NCBI GenBank assembly: GCA_029259695.1
Contig: JAJDEQ010000062.1
Coordinates: 4,620 to 68,619, forward strand
Reading direction: 5' to 3'
Length of the DNA stretch: 64,000 nt
DNA from: Planctomycetota bacterium
GTDB taxonomy: Bacteria; Planctomycetota; B15-G4
Position numbers and translations under genes: made by a program. Below the pieces are notes generated by a model that was given only the letters and a program-made list of their open reading frames with translations, made no database searches and was not told where the DNA came from. This document shows, piece after piece, positions 29,790 to 39,120 of the stretch; position 1 is the first letter of the stretch, and each line of letters starts with the position of its first letter.

Positions 29790-30314
29790 TTGGTCATCCG
29801 AGTCCAGACGCGCGATAACGAGCCCGTCGACAAGGCGCTGAGGCGCCTGCGCAAGCTGTGCAACAACGAAGGCCTGACCCGCACGAGCAAGGCCAAGGCC
29901 TACTTCGAGAAGCCCAGCGAGCGCCGTCGCCGCGAGGCACGTGAGCGCCAGAAGTCGATCCGGCTGGCTGGACGCGCGCGCCGTCAGGACATCGAGAAGT
30001 TGCTCCAGCGTCGCCGCAAGGCGCGCAAGAACGCTCGTGCGGCTGCCCGTGCCGCCGAGATCGAGAGCCAGGCGACCGAAGGGTCGGCGATCCCGCTCGA
30101 GGGTGTGATCGCTGCTGCCGCGCCCGCCGCCGGCACTGCTCCCGCTACCGCTGCTCCGGCTACTGCTGCACCCGCTACCGCTGCACCGGCTCCTGCTGCT
30201 CCGGCTCCTGCTGCACCCGCCGCTGCGGCCCCGGCCACTCCTCCAGCCGCTCCGGTGGCGACGCCCGAGGTCCCGGCCGCGACGACCCCGACCAGCCAGC
30301 CGAGCGACGGCTGA
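29790..30314 (+). CDS. rpsU: 30S ribosomal protein bS21 with long basic and Ala/Pro-rich extension
   Basis: TTG start after AAGGAG; NEPVDKALRRLRK..GL..YFEKPSERRRR. Confidence 0.88.
   Translation: MVIRVQTRDNEPVDKALRRLRKLCNNEGLTRTSKAKAYFEKPSERRRREARERQKSIRLAGRARRQDIEKLLQRRRKARKNARAAARAAEIESQATEGSAIPLEGVIAAAAPAAGTAPATAAPATAAPATAAPAPAAPAPAAPAAAAPATPPAAPVATPEVPAATTPTSQPSDG
30141..30230 (+). repeat. 6 x 15-bp degenerate tandem repeat encoding PA(T/P/A)AA
   Basis: cccgctaccgctgct ccggctactgctgca cccgctaccgctgca ccggctcctgctgct ccggctcctgctgca cccgccgctgcggcc. Confidence 0.9.
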
Positions 30315-30321
30315 GTCGTCG

Positions 30322-31389
30322 TCAGCGGTCCACGTCCAGGATCGCTGCGGCGCGCGCCCCGGCCATCGACTGCAATTGGGTCGCGCACGCCTCGTAGACC
30401 GCCTGCGATCCTCCGAAGGGGTCGCTCACGTCTCCGCCGTCGGGATCGAAGGTCTCGATCACGGGCGGAGGCGCCGACGGCAGCATGTCTTGCAGGGCAG
30501 CGACATGGCCATAGGTCATGCCCAGCACGAGGTCCGCGCTCGCTGCCTGCGGGTGATCCAGCGGGCGGCTGAGATGGTCGTCGAGATTCAGGCCGCGGCG
30601 CTCCATGGCGGCCACGGCCTCGGACGATGCGCTGCGGCTTCCCGCGGTCGCGAGCCCCGCTGAGTCGATCCGCGGCAGCAGCCAGCTGGGATCGCCACGG
30701 GTCTGGGCGCTCAAGGCGGCGCCCAACAGGCGTGCGGCCATGGGGCTGCGGCAGGTGTTGCCCGAGCACACGATCAGCACCCGGCACCCGGCGTGTTGGC
30801 GCAGGTCCTGACGGCTCACCACCCCCTCGCGCAGGACGCGGTGCGCAAGCTGCCCCGGCGCCACCACGGTCGAGGCATCGCCGAGTGCGGAGGGCCCGCC
30901 GTCGATCACGACCGAGACGAGTTCGAGCACGTGCGGATCCACCGCTCCGAGATCCAGGGGGGCGGGGTGCCCGGGCGGGTTGGCGCTGGGCAGCAGGAGC
31001 GGGACGCCCACCCGGGCGAGCAGGTCGCGGGTCCAGGCGTGGCCGGGGATGCGGACTCCGAGCGTCCCTCCCGCGCGCTCGCGCAGGACGAGGGTCACGG
31101 GCCCCGGCCACCAGCGGGCGGCCATGCGGGCCGCCGCGGCCGGGAGCGGCGCCAGCCGCTCCCCGAGAGCCTCCAATGACGGGACAGCACGGCTGAAGGG
31201 GGCGTCCCGGTCGGGCTTGAGCGCGGCCATGCGCTCCCGGGCCTCGGGCCGGTCCTCCCGGGCGGCGACGCCGTAGACCGTCTCGGTCGGGAGCAACACG
31301 AGCTCGCCCGCGTCCAGCGCAGCCGCTGCGGCCTCGAGGGCGGCCCCGGGATCATCCTGGTCGAGTCGGAACACGCGCGGGGCAGTCAT
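30322..31389 (-). CDS. tsaC: Fusion of L-threonylcarbamoyladenylate synthase (TsaC/Sua5) and a low-molecular-weight phosphatase (YwlE-like)
   Basis: PTETVYG, WPGPVTLV, GVRIP, SANP..; then CSGNTCRSPMA P-loop, SAGL, DVSDPFGG. Confidence 0.88.
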   Translation of the reverse strand: MTAPRVFRLDQDDPGAALEAAAAALDAGELVLLPTETVYGVAAREDRPEARERMAALKPDRDAPFSRAVPSLEALGERLAPLPAAAARMAARWWPGPVTLVLRERAGGTLGVRIPGHAWTRDLLARVGVPLLLPSANPPGHPAPLDLGAVDPHVLELVSVVIDGGPSALGDASTVVAPGQLAHRVLREGVVSRQDLRQHAGCRVLIVCSGNTCRSPMAARLLGAALSAQTRGDPSWLLPRIDSAGLATAGSRSASSEAVAAMERRGLNLDDHLSRPLDHPQAASADLVLGMTYGHVAALQDMLPSAPPPVIETFDPDGGDVSDPFGGSQAVYEACATQLQSMAGARAAAILDVDR

Positions 31390-31395
31390 GCTCGG

Positions 31396-31424
31396 ATTCT
31401 AGAGGGATCGTGGCGGCCGTTCAG
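31396..31424 (-). promoter_or_regulatory. Promoter for the tsaC fusion (likely leaderless)
   Basis: Minus strand CTGAAC-17 bp-TAGAAT, 6 nt before ATG. Confidence 0.55.
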
Positions 31425-31530
31425 GGGGGCATTCCGTCGGCCATGCGTGCAGGGCATACTGCCGTCTCGGCAGGTCGCCGGCGCGGCCCGCTGCGGTCCT
31501 CGCCCCGACTGCCCCTGGAGAACTCGCCCG

Positions 31531-32310
31531 GTGACCCGCTCGTCCAAGCGCCCGCGGCGCCTCGAGTACATGGGCGCCATGGCAGCCGGCCTGGCCCACG
31601 AGGTCAAGAACCCGCTCAGCACCATGACGGTCAACCTGCAACTCCTGGCAGAGGACTTCGCCACCCCCCAGTCGCAGGTGGAGGAACGCACGCTGCGCCG
31701 CGCGCACCTGTTGCTGGGGGAGGTCAAGCGCCTCGACGGCATCGTCAACGACTTCCTCGAACTCGCACGAGGCTACGAGATCCAGCCGGAGACGGTCGAC
31801 CTCGAGCTGTTGATCACCGACCTGTTGCGTTTCGTCGAGCCGGAGAACGAGCGCCTGGGCATTCGCGCTCGGAGCCTGCTGGCGGCCGACGCGCGGCTGG
31901 TGCTGGCCGACCCGAAGTTCCTGCGGGTGGCGCTCAACAACCTGGTGGTGAACGCCCAGCAGGCCATGGCCGAGGAGGGTGGCGAGCTGCTGCTCGAGAC
32001 GCGGGTGCGCGGGCGCCTGGTGGAGGTGCGCGTGACCGATACCGGGCCCGGCATCCCGCCGGACAAGCTGGAGCAGATCTTCATGCCGTTCTGGTCGAAC
32101 AAGCAGGGCGGGACGGGTCTGGGCTTGCCGATGACGCGCCGCATCGTCGAGGAGCTGGGCGGTGAGATCCTGGTGCAGTCCGAACTGGGGCGCGGCACGC
32201 GCTTCGTGCTCAGCGTGCCCAAGCTCCCGGATCAGCTGCCACCGGCCACGCCCGATCCCACGGCGGAGGGCCCCGGCGCTGCGGAGCGCAACGGGGGCAA
32301 CCCGGCATGA
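31531..32310 (+). CDS. Cytoplasmic histidine kinase consisting only of DHp and CA domains
   Basis: AHEVKNPL H-box about 20 aa from the GTG start; NLVVNAQQAM, DTGPGI, FMPF, GGTGLGL; GGAG SD; no TM or PAS segment. Confidence 0.85.
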   Translation: MTRSSKRPRRLEYMGAMAAGLAHEVKNPLSTMTVNLQLLAEDFATPQSQVEERTLRRAHLLLGEVKRLDGIVNDFLELARGYEIQPETVDLELLITDLLRFVEPENERLGIRARSLLAADARLVLADPKFLRVALNNLVVNAQQAMAEEGGELLLETRVRGRLVEVRVTDTGPGIPPDKLEQIFMPFWSNKQGGTGLGLPMTRRIVEELGGEILVQSELGRGTRFVLSVPKLPDQLPPATPDPTAEGPGAAERNGGNPA

Positions 32311-33671
32311 GCGCCACACCCGTCTCGATCCTGATCATCGACGATGACGCGGCCCACGCGCAGAGCCTGGCCGACGGCCTCGAGACCCTCGGCTACGAGG
32401 CGACCGTGGTGACGTCCGGGCAGGCGGGGCTGGTCGCCGTCGAGCAGGGCACCTGGGACCTCGTGCTGACCGACCTGCGCATGGCCGACGTGGACGGCAT
32501 GGACGTGCTCGCGGGTGCGCGCCGACGAGGCGACACCGAGGTGATCATGATCACCGGCCACGGCTCGGTGGAGAGCGCGGTGGAGGCCATGCGTGCCGGA
32601 GCCGCGCACTACATCACCAAGCCCGTCAACATCATGGAGCTGCGCGAACTCGCCAAGCGGACGGTCGAGAAGCAGCTGCTGAAGCGCCGCAACACCGAGC
32701 TCGAAGCGCAGCTCGACGAGCGCTACGCCTTCGACAAGATCATCGGCCGCAGCGAGGCCATGCAGGCGGTCTTCCGGGTCATGCGCCAGGTTGCGCGCAC
32801 CGACGTCACGGTGCTGGTCATGGGTGACAGCGGCACGGGCAAGGAACTCGTGGCCCGGGCGATCCACCAGAACAGTCCGCGACGGAACGCGCCCTTCATC
32901 GCGCTGAACTGCGCGGCGCTGCCCGAGGGCCTGCTCGAGAGCGAGTTGTTCGGGCACGAGCGGGGCGCTTTCACCGGCGCGACCAACCGCAAGATCGGCC
33001 ACATCGAGAACGCCCAGGGCGGCACCCTGTTCCTCGATGAAGTGGGGGACATGCCGCTCAGCACCCAGGTCAAGATGCTGCGCGTCCTCGAGCAGCGGGA
33101 GATCGTGCGCGTGGGGTCGAGCACGCCGATCCCGGTCGACATCCGGGTGTTGGCCGCGACCAACAAGAACCTGACCGAGGAGGTGGCCGAGCGGCGCTTC
33201 CGCGAGGACCTCTACTTCCGGCTCAAGGTCGTCTCGATCGAGCTGCCGCAGTTGCGTGAGCGCGTGGTCGACATCCCCTTCCTGGTGGATGCGTTCCTGC
33301 GCGAACTCGTCGAGCAGCACGGCACCGACGTGCGCGGCGTCTCGGCCGATGTGATGCGTGTGCTGGAGGCCCAGCCCTGGCCCGGCAACGTGCGCGAGTT
33401 GCGCAACGTGATCGAGAACATGGTCGTGACCGGCAGCCACGAAGTGCTGCAGCTCTCCGATCTGCCGACATCGGTGGGCGGTGAACCGAGCGTCGCGCCG
33501 CTCAAGACCGCCTCCGGCTCGCTGGCGGGGCGCACTGCGGCGGACGTGGAGCGCGAGCACATCAGCGCCACGCTCGAACTGGTCGGCGGCAATCGGGCCA
33601 AGGCGGCGCGCATGATGGGCATCGGCGAGCGCACGCTGTATCGCAAGATCAAGGAGTACGACCTGCGCTAG
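32307..33671 (+). CDS. Sigma54-dependent response regulator (NtrC/AtoC family)
   Basis: REC domain (IIDDD, TDLRM, KP), GDSGTGKE, GAFTGA, FLDE, WPGNVREL, HTH 'RTLYRKIKEY'. Confidence 0.95.
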   Translation: MSATPVSILIIDDDAAHAQSLADGLETLGYEATVVTSGQAGLVAVEQGTWDLVLTDLRMADVDGMDVLAGARRRGDTEVIMITGHGSVESAVEAMRAGAAHYITKPVNIMELRELAKRTVEKQLLKRRNTELEAQLDERYAFDKIIGRSEAMQAVFRVMRQVARTDVTVLVMGDSGTGKELVARAIHQNSPRRNAPFIALNCAALPEGLLESELFGHERGAFTGATNRKIGHIENAQGGTLFLDEVGDMPLSTQVKMLRVLEQREIVRVGSSTPIPVDIRVLAATNKNLTEEVAERRFREDLYFRLKVVSIELPQLRERVVDIPFLVDAFLRELVEQHGTDVRGVSADVMRVLEAQPWPGNVRELRNVIENMVVTGSHEVLQLSDLPTSVGGEPSVAPLKTASGSLAGRTAADVEREHISATLELVGGNRAKAARMMGIGERTLYRKIKEYDLR

Positions 33672-33694
33672 CAGCGGTGCTCCCGCGAGCGCCG

Positions 33695-33740
33695 CCCTGT
33701 CATTGTGGCAGGGTGCGGACCGCCCGGTGCCACTTTGGCC
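33695..33740. promoter_or_regulatory. Tandem palindromic enhancer-like boxes TGYCA-N3-TGGCM
   Basis: CCCTGTCA-TTG-TGGCAGGG (33695-33713) and TGCCA-CTT-TGGCC (33728-33740); centres 30 bp apart. Confidence 0.6.
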
Positions 33741-33807
33741 CGGCCTGGAGCCGCCCTGAACCGGCCCGGAGGGCCTGGATCGCGGTGCTTCATGCTCCCC
33801 GGCCGTT

Positions 33808-33822
33808 TGGCACGCGGTTTGT
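33808..33822 (+). promoter_or_regulatory. Putative sigma54 (-24/-12) promoter of dnaK
   Basis: TGGCAC-GCGGT-TTGT versus consensus TGGCAC-N5-TTGC; one mismatch at the -12 C. Confidence 0.55.
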
Positions 33823-33893
33823 TTGCCTCCGATGCAGCGGTTCGGCCTGCCCGGGAGCGGCAGAGCACCCCGGTGGACCGACAAGGAGATCTC

Positions 33894-35810
33894 ATGAGTG
33901 ACCACATCATCGGCATCGACCTCGGCACCACGAACTCCGTCGTGGCCGTCATGGAGGGCGGACAGCCCCAGGTGATCACCAACCCCGAGGGGCACCGTGT
34001 GACCCCGTCGGTGGTGGCGTTCACGACGGACGGCGAGCGGCTCGTGGGCCAGCCCGCCCGGCGCCAGGCGATCACGAACCCGCAGCGCACGATCTACTCG
34101 ATCAAGCGCTTCATGGGTCGTCGTCACCACGAGGTCAGCTCCGAGGAGAAGCTGGTCACCTACGACGTGACGGGCGGCCAGAACGATCCGGTCAAGGTCC
34201 TGATCGACGGCAAGGAATACACGCCGCAGGAGATCTCGGCGATGATCCTCGCCGACCTCAAGGGCACTGCCGAGGCGTACCTCGGCACGAAGGTCACGCG
34301 CGCCGTGATCACGGTGCCGGCGTACTTCAACGACAGCCAGCGCCAGGCCACCAAGGAGGCGGGCGAGATCGCCGGCCTCACGGTGGAGCGCATCGTCAAC
34401 GAGCCCACCGCCGCCTGCCTCGCCTATGGTCTGGAGAAGGACAAGAGCGGCAAGCTGGCCGTGTTCGACCTGGGCGGCGGGACCTTCGACATCTCGATCC
34501 TCGACGTCGGCGACGGCGTGTTCGAGGTCAACGCCACGAACGGTGACACGCACCTCGGCGGCGACAACTTCGACGACGTGCTGATCGACTTCGTGGCCGA
34601 CGACTTCCAGCGCGACAACGGCGTCGACCTGCGCAAGGACGTGATGGCCCTGCAGCGCCTCAAGGAGGCCTGCGAGAAGGCCAAGTGCGAGTTGTCCTCC
34701 ACGCCCCAGACCAACATCAACCTGCCCTTCGTGACGGCCGACCAGAGCGGGCCGAAGCACCTCAACGTGAACATCAGCCGGGCCAAGTTCGAGGAACTGG
34801 TCGAGCCGCTGGTGGAGCGTTGCCGCAAGCCGTGTCTCGACGCCATGGCGGACGCCGGCCTCAGCCCCAGCGAGGTGGACGAGGTGATCCTCGTCGGCGG
34901 CAGCACGCGCATCCCCGCCGTGCAGGCGCTGGTGAAGGAGGTCTTCCAGAAGGAGCCCGGCCGCAACGTGAACCCGGACGAAGTCGTGGCCATGGGGGCC
35001 GCCGTCCAGGGCGCGGTGCTCGCCGGCAAGGTCGACGACGTGGTGCTGCTCGACGTGACCCCGCTGTCGCTCGGCATCGAGACGCTGGGTGGCGTCATGA
35101 CCCGGCTGATCGACCGCAACACGACCATTCCCACCTCCAAGAAGGAGGTCTTCTCCACCGCCGCCGACAACCAGCCGAGCGTGGACATCCACGTCCTGCA
35201 GGGTGAGCGCGAGATGGCCAACGGCAACCGCACGCTGGGTCGCTTCCGCCTCGAAGGGCTGCCGCCGGCGGCCCGCGGGGTGCCCCAGGTCGAGGTCACG
35301 TTCGACATCGATGCCAACGGCATCCTGGCCGTGAGCGCCAAGGACCTCGGCACGGGCAAGGAACAGAAGATCACCATCGAGGCCAGCTCGGGCCTGTCCG
35401 ACGCCGACATCGATCGGATGAAGCAGGAGGCCGAGGAGCACGCCGATGAAGACAAGAGCGCGCGCGAGCTGATCGACCTGCGCAACCAGGCCGAACAGAC
35501 CATCTACCAGACCGAGAAGTCACTCGACGAGCACAAGGACAAGCTCGAGGAGGAGACGGTGCTGGCCATCGCGAGCGCTCGGGAGAAGCTCGAGCAGGTT
35601 GCGAAGGAAGATGACGCGGAGGCGATTCGTCAGGGTCTCGACGAGTACACTCGCGCGGCACAGAAGCTGGCCGAGGTGCTCTACGCCCAGCAGGCCGAAG
35701 CGGGTGCTCAGCCCGGCGGCCCGGGCGGGCCCGCAGGCGACGGCGCGCCCGGTGGTGAATCGGAGACGAAGGAAGACATCATCGATGCCGACTTCGAGGT
35801 CAAGAGCTGA
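33894..35810 (+). CDS. dnaK: Chaperone DnaK (Hsp70)
   Basis: [42 protein letters not shown]; AAGGAG SD. Confidence 0.98.
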   Translation: MSDHIIGIDLGTTNSVVAVMEGGQPQVITNPEGHRVTPSVVAFTTDGERLVGQPARRQAITNPQRTIYSIKRFMGRRHHEVSSEEKLVTYDVTGGQNDPVKVLIDGKEYTPQEISAMILADLKGTAEAYLGTKVTRAVITVPAYFNDSQRQATKEAGEIAGLTVERIVNEPTAACLAYGLEKDKSGKLAVFDLGGGTFDISILDVGDGVFEVNATNGDTHLGGDNFDDVLIDFVADDFQRDNGVDLRKDVMALQRLKEACEKAKCELSSTPQTNINLPFVTADQSGPKHLNVNISRAKFEELVEPLVERCRKPCLDAMADAGLSPSEVDEVILVGGSTRIPAVQALVKEVFQKEPGRNVNPDEVVAMGAAVQGAVLAGKVDDVVLLDVTPLSLGIETLGGVMTRLIDRNTTIPTSKKEVFSTAADNQPSVDIHVLQGEREMANGNRTLGRFRLEGLPPAARGVPQVEVTFDIDANGILAVSAKDLGTGKEQKITIEASSGLSDADIDRMKQEAEEHADEDKSARELIDLRNQAEQTIYQTEKSLDEHKDKLEEETVLAIASAREKLEQVAKEDDAEAIRQGLDEYTRAAQKLAEVLYAQQAEAGAQPGGPGGPAGDGAPGGESETKEDIIDADFEVKS

Positions 35811-35896
35811 CGCGTGCCGAGCGACCGCCATGTCCGGCGGCCGCCTCACCCGACGCCTGACCGCTCCGATCCCGGCTGCGTGCGGGTGACTCCGAG

Positions 35897-36859
35897 TTGA
35901 TTCGCGTCGAGCACCTCTCCCGCCGCTTCCACGACCTACTGGCCGTGGACGACGTGTGCCTGCACGTACCGCGGGGCGAGATCCTCGGCTTCCTGGGTCC
36001 CAACGGGGCGGGCAAGACCACCACGATCCGCATCCTCACGGGCTTCCTGCCGGCGACGTCCGGGCGCGCGCAGGTGGCCGGGCACGACGTGGCGCTCGAC
36101 AGCCTGAAGGTCCGGCGCCAGATCGGGTACCTGCCCGAGAACGTGCCGGTGCCCCTCGATGCCCGGGTCGACGAGTACATCGACTTCCGGGCCCGCCTCA
36201 AGGGCGTCCCCGCTCGTGAGCGCAAGCAGCGACGGGAGCAGGTGCTCGAGCGCTGCGGGCTCATCCACATGCGTCGCCGCATCCTGGGCCAGCTCTCCCG
36301 CGGCTATCGGCAGCGGGTCGGCCTGGCTGATGCGCTGGTGGGCGACCCGCCCCTGCTGATCCTGGACGAGCCCACGGGCGGCCTCGACCCGGGCCAGCGG
36401 CAGGACATCCTCGACCTCGTCACGGCCATGCGCGGGCGCCGCACGGTGCTGCTCTCGAGCCACGTGCTGGCCGAGGTGGAGCACGTCTGCACGCGCATCG
36501 CGATCATCAAGAGCGGCCGCATCGTGGCCGACGGCACCAAGGAGGAGGTCGTGTCGCGAGCCGGCCGTCGGGGCGAGGTGCGCATCGGTCTCAAGGGCGA
36601 GTCGCCCGGGCGCGCCGGTGACGAGTCGCAACCGCGCCCCGCCCTGCGCAAGCTCGTCCGCTGGCTTGGCGAACACGACATGCACGCCACCATCGACGAG
36701 GCGCGCGGGACCTGCGACGCGCGCATCGCCGCGGACGACCAGGCGTCGGCCCTGCTGCGCGCGGTGGTCGAAGCGGGTTTCGCGGTGGATCGCTTCGAGC
36801 CGCTCACGCGCTCGCTGCACGAGATCTTCCTCGAGCTCACGCGGGCCGAAGCGTCGTGA
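35897..36859 (+). CDS. ABC transporter ATP-binding protein (GldA-like)
   Basis: GPNGAGKTT, LSRGYRQR, ILDEPT, SSH. Confidence 0.9.
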   Translation: MIRVEHLSRRFHDLLAVDDVCLHVPRGEILGFLGPNGAGKTTTIRILTGFLPATSGRAQVAGHDVALDSLKVRRQIGYLPENVPVPLDARVDEYIDFRARLKGVPARERKQRREQVLERCGLIHMRRRILGQLSRGYRQRVGLADALVGDPPLLILDEPTGGLDPGQRQDILDLVTAMRGRRTVLLSSHVLAEVEHVCTRIAIIKSGRIVADGTKEEVVSRAGRRGEVRIGLKGESPGRAGDESQPRPALRKLVRWLGEHDMHATIDEARGTCDARIAADDQASALLRAVVEAGFAVDRFEPLTRSLHEIFLELTRAEAS

Positions 36860-37599
36860 TGCGCCGCCTGACGACGTTGCTGTGGCGCGAGTTGGAGAGC
36901 CTCTTCTTCTCACCTCTCGCGTACATCGTGCTGACCGTCTTCCTGGTGTTGAGCGGTTTCTCCTTTGCGTACGCCCTGGCCGCCTCCGCCGGTTCGGTGC
37001 ACGTGACCGTGACCACGTTCCTGGGTGACGGGCCGCTGTTCTGGGTGTGCCTGGTCATGGTGCCCCCGCTGATCACCATGCGCCTGGTGTCGGAGGAGCG
37101 GCGTTCCGGGACCCTGGAGGTGCTGCTCACGGCGCCGGTGCGCGACGGCGAGGTGATCACGGCCAAGTTCCTCGGCGCCCTGCTGTTCCAGGCGTTCCTC
37201 TGGGTGCCGACGCTGCTCTACCTGGCGATCATCCGGCGCTACGGGGCCGTGCCGGACGGCGGCCAACTGTTCACGTCGTACCTCGGCATCGCCCTGACGA
37301 GCGGTCTGCTGACTTCCGTCGGGGTGCTGTTCTCGACCCGCACGGGCAACCAGATCGTGGCCGCGGTCTCGGCCCTCACCTTCAACCTGTTGTTCATCCT
37401 GCTGCCGGCGGTGGTCAGTCAGTCGCCGGGGCTGGGCGTGCTCGAGCGGGGCGTGTCGGGCATCTCCATGACGCGTCACTTCAGCGAGTCCTTCAGTCAG
37501 GGCCTGGTCGACAGCGGCCTGCTGGTCTGGTACCTGAGCGCCACCGCGGGGGTGCTGGTCATGGCGACGCGCAGCCTGGAGGCCCGGCGATGGCGTTGA
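36856..37599 (+). CDS. ABC-2 type permease (GldF-like)
   Basis: RELESLFFSPLAY, ITMRLVSEERRSGTLEVLLTAP, NQIVAA; six TM segments. Confidence 0.88.
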   Translation: MMRRLTTLLWRELESLFFSPLAYIVLTVFLVLSGFSFAYALAASAGSVHVTVTTFLGDGPLFWVCLVMVPPLITMRLVSEERRSGTLEVLLTAPVRDGEVITAKFLGALLFQAFLWVPTLLYLAIIRRYGAVPDGGQLFTSYLGIALTSGLLTSVGVLFSTRTGNQIVAAVSALTFNLLFILLPAVVSQSPGLGVLERGVSGISMTRHFSESFSQGLVDSGLLVWYLSATAGVLVMATRSLEARRWR

Positions 37600-39119
37600 A
37601 GGGCGGCTTCTCACGCTGGTGGCGCTGGACCGGAGCGGCTCAGGGTCTGGCGACGGCGCTGGTGATCGTGATCGTGGTCGCGGCCGTCTCCTATGCGGCC
37701 TCCGTGCCGAAGGTGCGGGTGCGCTGGGACCTCACCGCCGACCAGGGCTTCACGCTCAGCGATCAGACGCGGCAGGTGCTGCGCAGTCTCGAGGAGCCGG
37801 TGCGCTTCATCTCGCTGATGCAGCCCGAGCCGGTGTCGGTCACGCGTCTCGACGAGGTGCAGGCCCTGGCGGGCGAGTACGTCAACACGCTGCTCGGACA
37901 GTACGCGCTGGCCTCGGGCGGTCAGCTCACGGTGGAGACGCTGCACCCGCACCGCGACCGGCTGCGGACCGAGACGCTGCGCGGCGAACGTCACCTCAGT
38001 CGCTACAACCTCGTGCTCGTCGAGGGGGTGACACGCAGCAAGCAGGTGTTCCTCGAGGATCTTGTGACCATCGATCGCGGGCGTGCCGACGCCCAGAGCA
38101 TCACCAACGCGCGCATCCGTGCCTACCATGCGGAGGGCCCGCTCACGTCGGCGCTGCTGTCGGTCGCCGACGAGGTCGCGCCTCGCGTGGGCTTCCTCTC
38201 GGGCTTCGGCGGTCCGCGCCTCGACGGCTTCGAGTTGTTCGACCTGGGGCTGTTCTTCTCGGCCGTGGCGGGCCAGGGGCTCGACGTCGAGCGCATCGAC
38301 ATGTCGTCGGAAGTGCCGGGCACGGCGCTCACCGGCTACGACGTCGTCGTGCTGTGCGGCCCCGACCTGCCCCTGTCGCGCGGTGCCCGCGAAGCGCTCG
38401 CAGCGTTCCACGCGGAGGGTGGCGGGTTGCTGCTGGCCGCCGACCCCGACTACGTGTCCCCGGAGTACGACACGCTGCTGCGACAACTGGGCCTGGAGCG
38501 GGACCGCGCGATCCTGTGCCGGGACGATGATCCGTTCCTGGTGGGACTGGACCGGGCCCTGGTGACCATCGGCAACTTCGATCCGACCCACGTGGTGACC
38601 ACACCCATCGCGGCCCAGCGCACCTTCGCGCGCTTCTTCGGCAGCGGGGCGCTGGGCCGCTCGCCGAGCGCCGACGCCCGGGTCATCAGCACGCCTCTGG
38701 CCACCACCGGCACCCACGTGTTCGGGGACCTGCCCAGCGCGGCCGGTGCGCGCGGCGACTTCGTCTTCACCCCCGGCGAGGGCGAACTGCGCGGTGCGCG
38801 CCACGTGGCCTTCGCCCTGGAGCGCGACGCATCCGATGCGTCGTCGCGCGCGGTGGTCCTCGCCTGCGCCAGTCCGCTGATCAACAGCTTCCTGACCTCC
38901 CGCGACGGTGGGCCGGCGAACATGGACCTGGGCCTGAATGCCGTCAACTGGCTGGTGGATCGCCCCGAAGCCGTGGCGGCGCGCCCGCGAGAGGTGTTCG
39001 AGAGCAAGGTCGACCTGATGGAGGGCGAGCTCGAGACGATCCACCTGTACGTGCTGCTGCTGATGCCGCTCGGTGGAGTGCTCATGGGGCTCGCCGTCTG
39101 GTTCACCCGGAGGCGTTGA
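37590..39119 (+). CDS. GldG-family ABC auxiliary component
   Basis: N-terminal TM, RWDLTADQGFTLSDQTRQVL, VVLCGP, NMDLGLNAVNWL, C-terminal TM + RRR. Confidence 0.85.
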   Translation: MALKGGFSRWWRWTGAAQGLATALVIVIVVAAVSYAASVPKVRVRWDLTADQGFTLSDQTRQVLRSLEEPVRFISLMQPEPVSVTRLDEVQALAGEYVNTLLGQYALASGGQLTVETLHPHRDRLRTETLRGERHLSRYNLVLVEGVTRSKQVFLEDLVTIDRGRADAQSITNARIRAYHAEGPLTSALLSVADEVAPRVGFLSGFGGPRLDGFELFDLGLFFSAVAGQGLDVERIDMSSEVPGTALTGYDVVVLCGPDLPLSRGAREALAAFHAEGGGLLLAADPDYVSPEYDTLLRQLGLERDRAILCRDDDPFLVGLDRALVTIGNFDPTHVVTTPIAAQRTFARFFGSGALGRSPSADARVISTPLATTGTHVFGDLPSAAGARGDFVFTPGEGELRGARHVAFALERDASDASSRAVVLACASPLINSFLTSRDGGPANMDLGLNAVNWLVDRPEAVAARPREVFESKVDLMEGELETIHLYVLLLMPLGGVLMGLAVWFTRRR

Positions 39120-39120
39120 C

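Noticed and set aside
11007-30230. 15-bp tandem repeats (pyk, rpsU) as CRISPR-like arrays
   Set aside because: In-frame coding repeats without spacers; no cas genes in the window
32232-35441. 1069-aa minus-strand ORF opposite the regulator and dnaK
   Set aside because: Antisense shadow of GC3-rich genes; long ORFs antisense to dnaK are a well-known artefact
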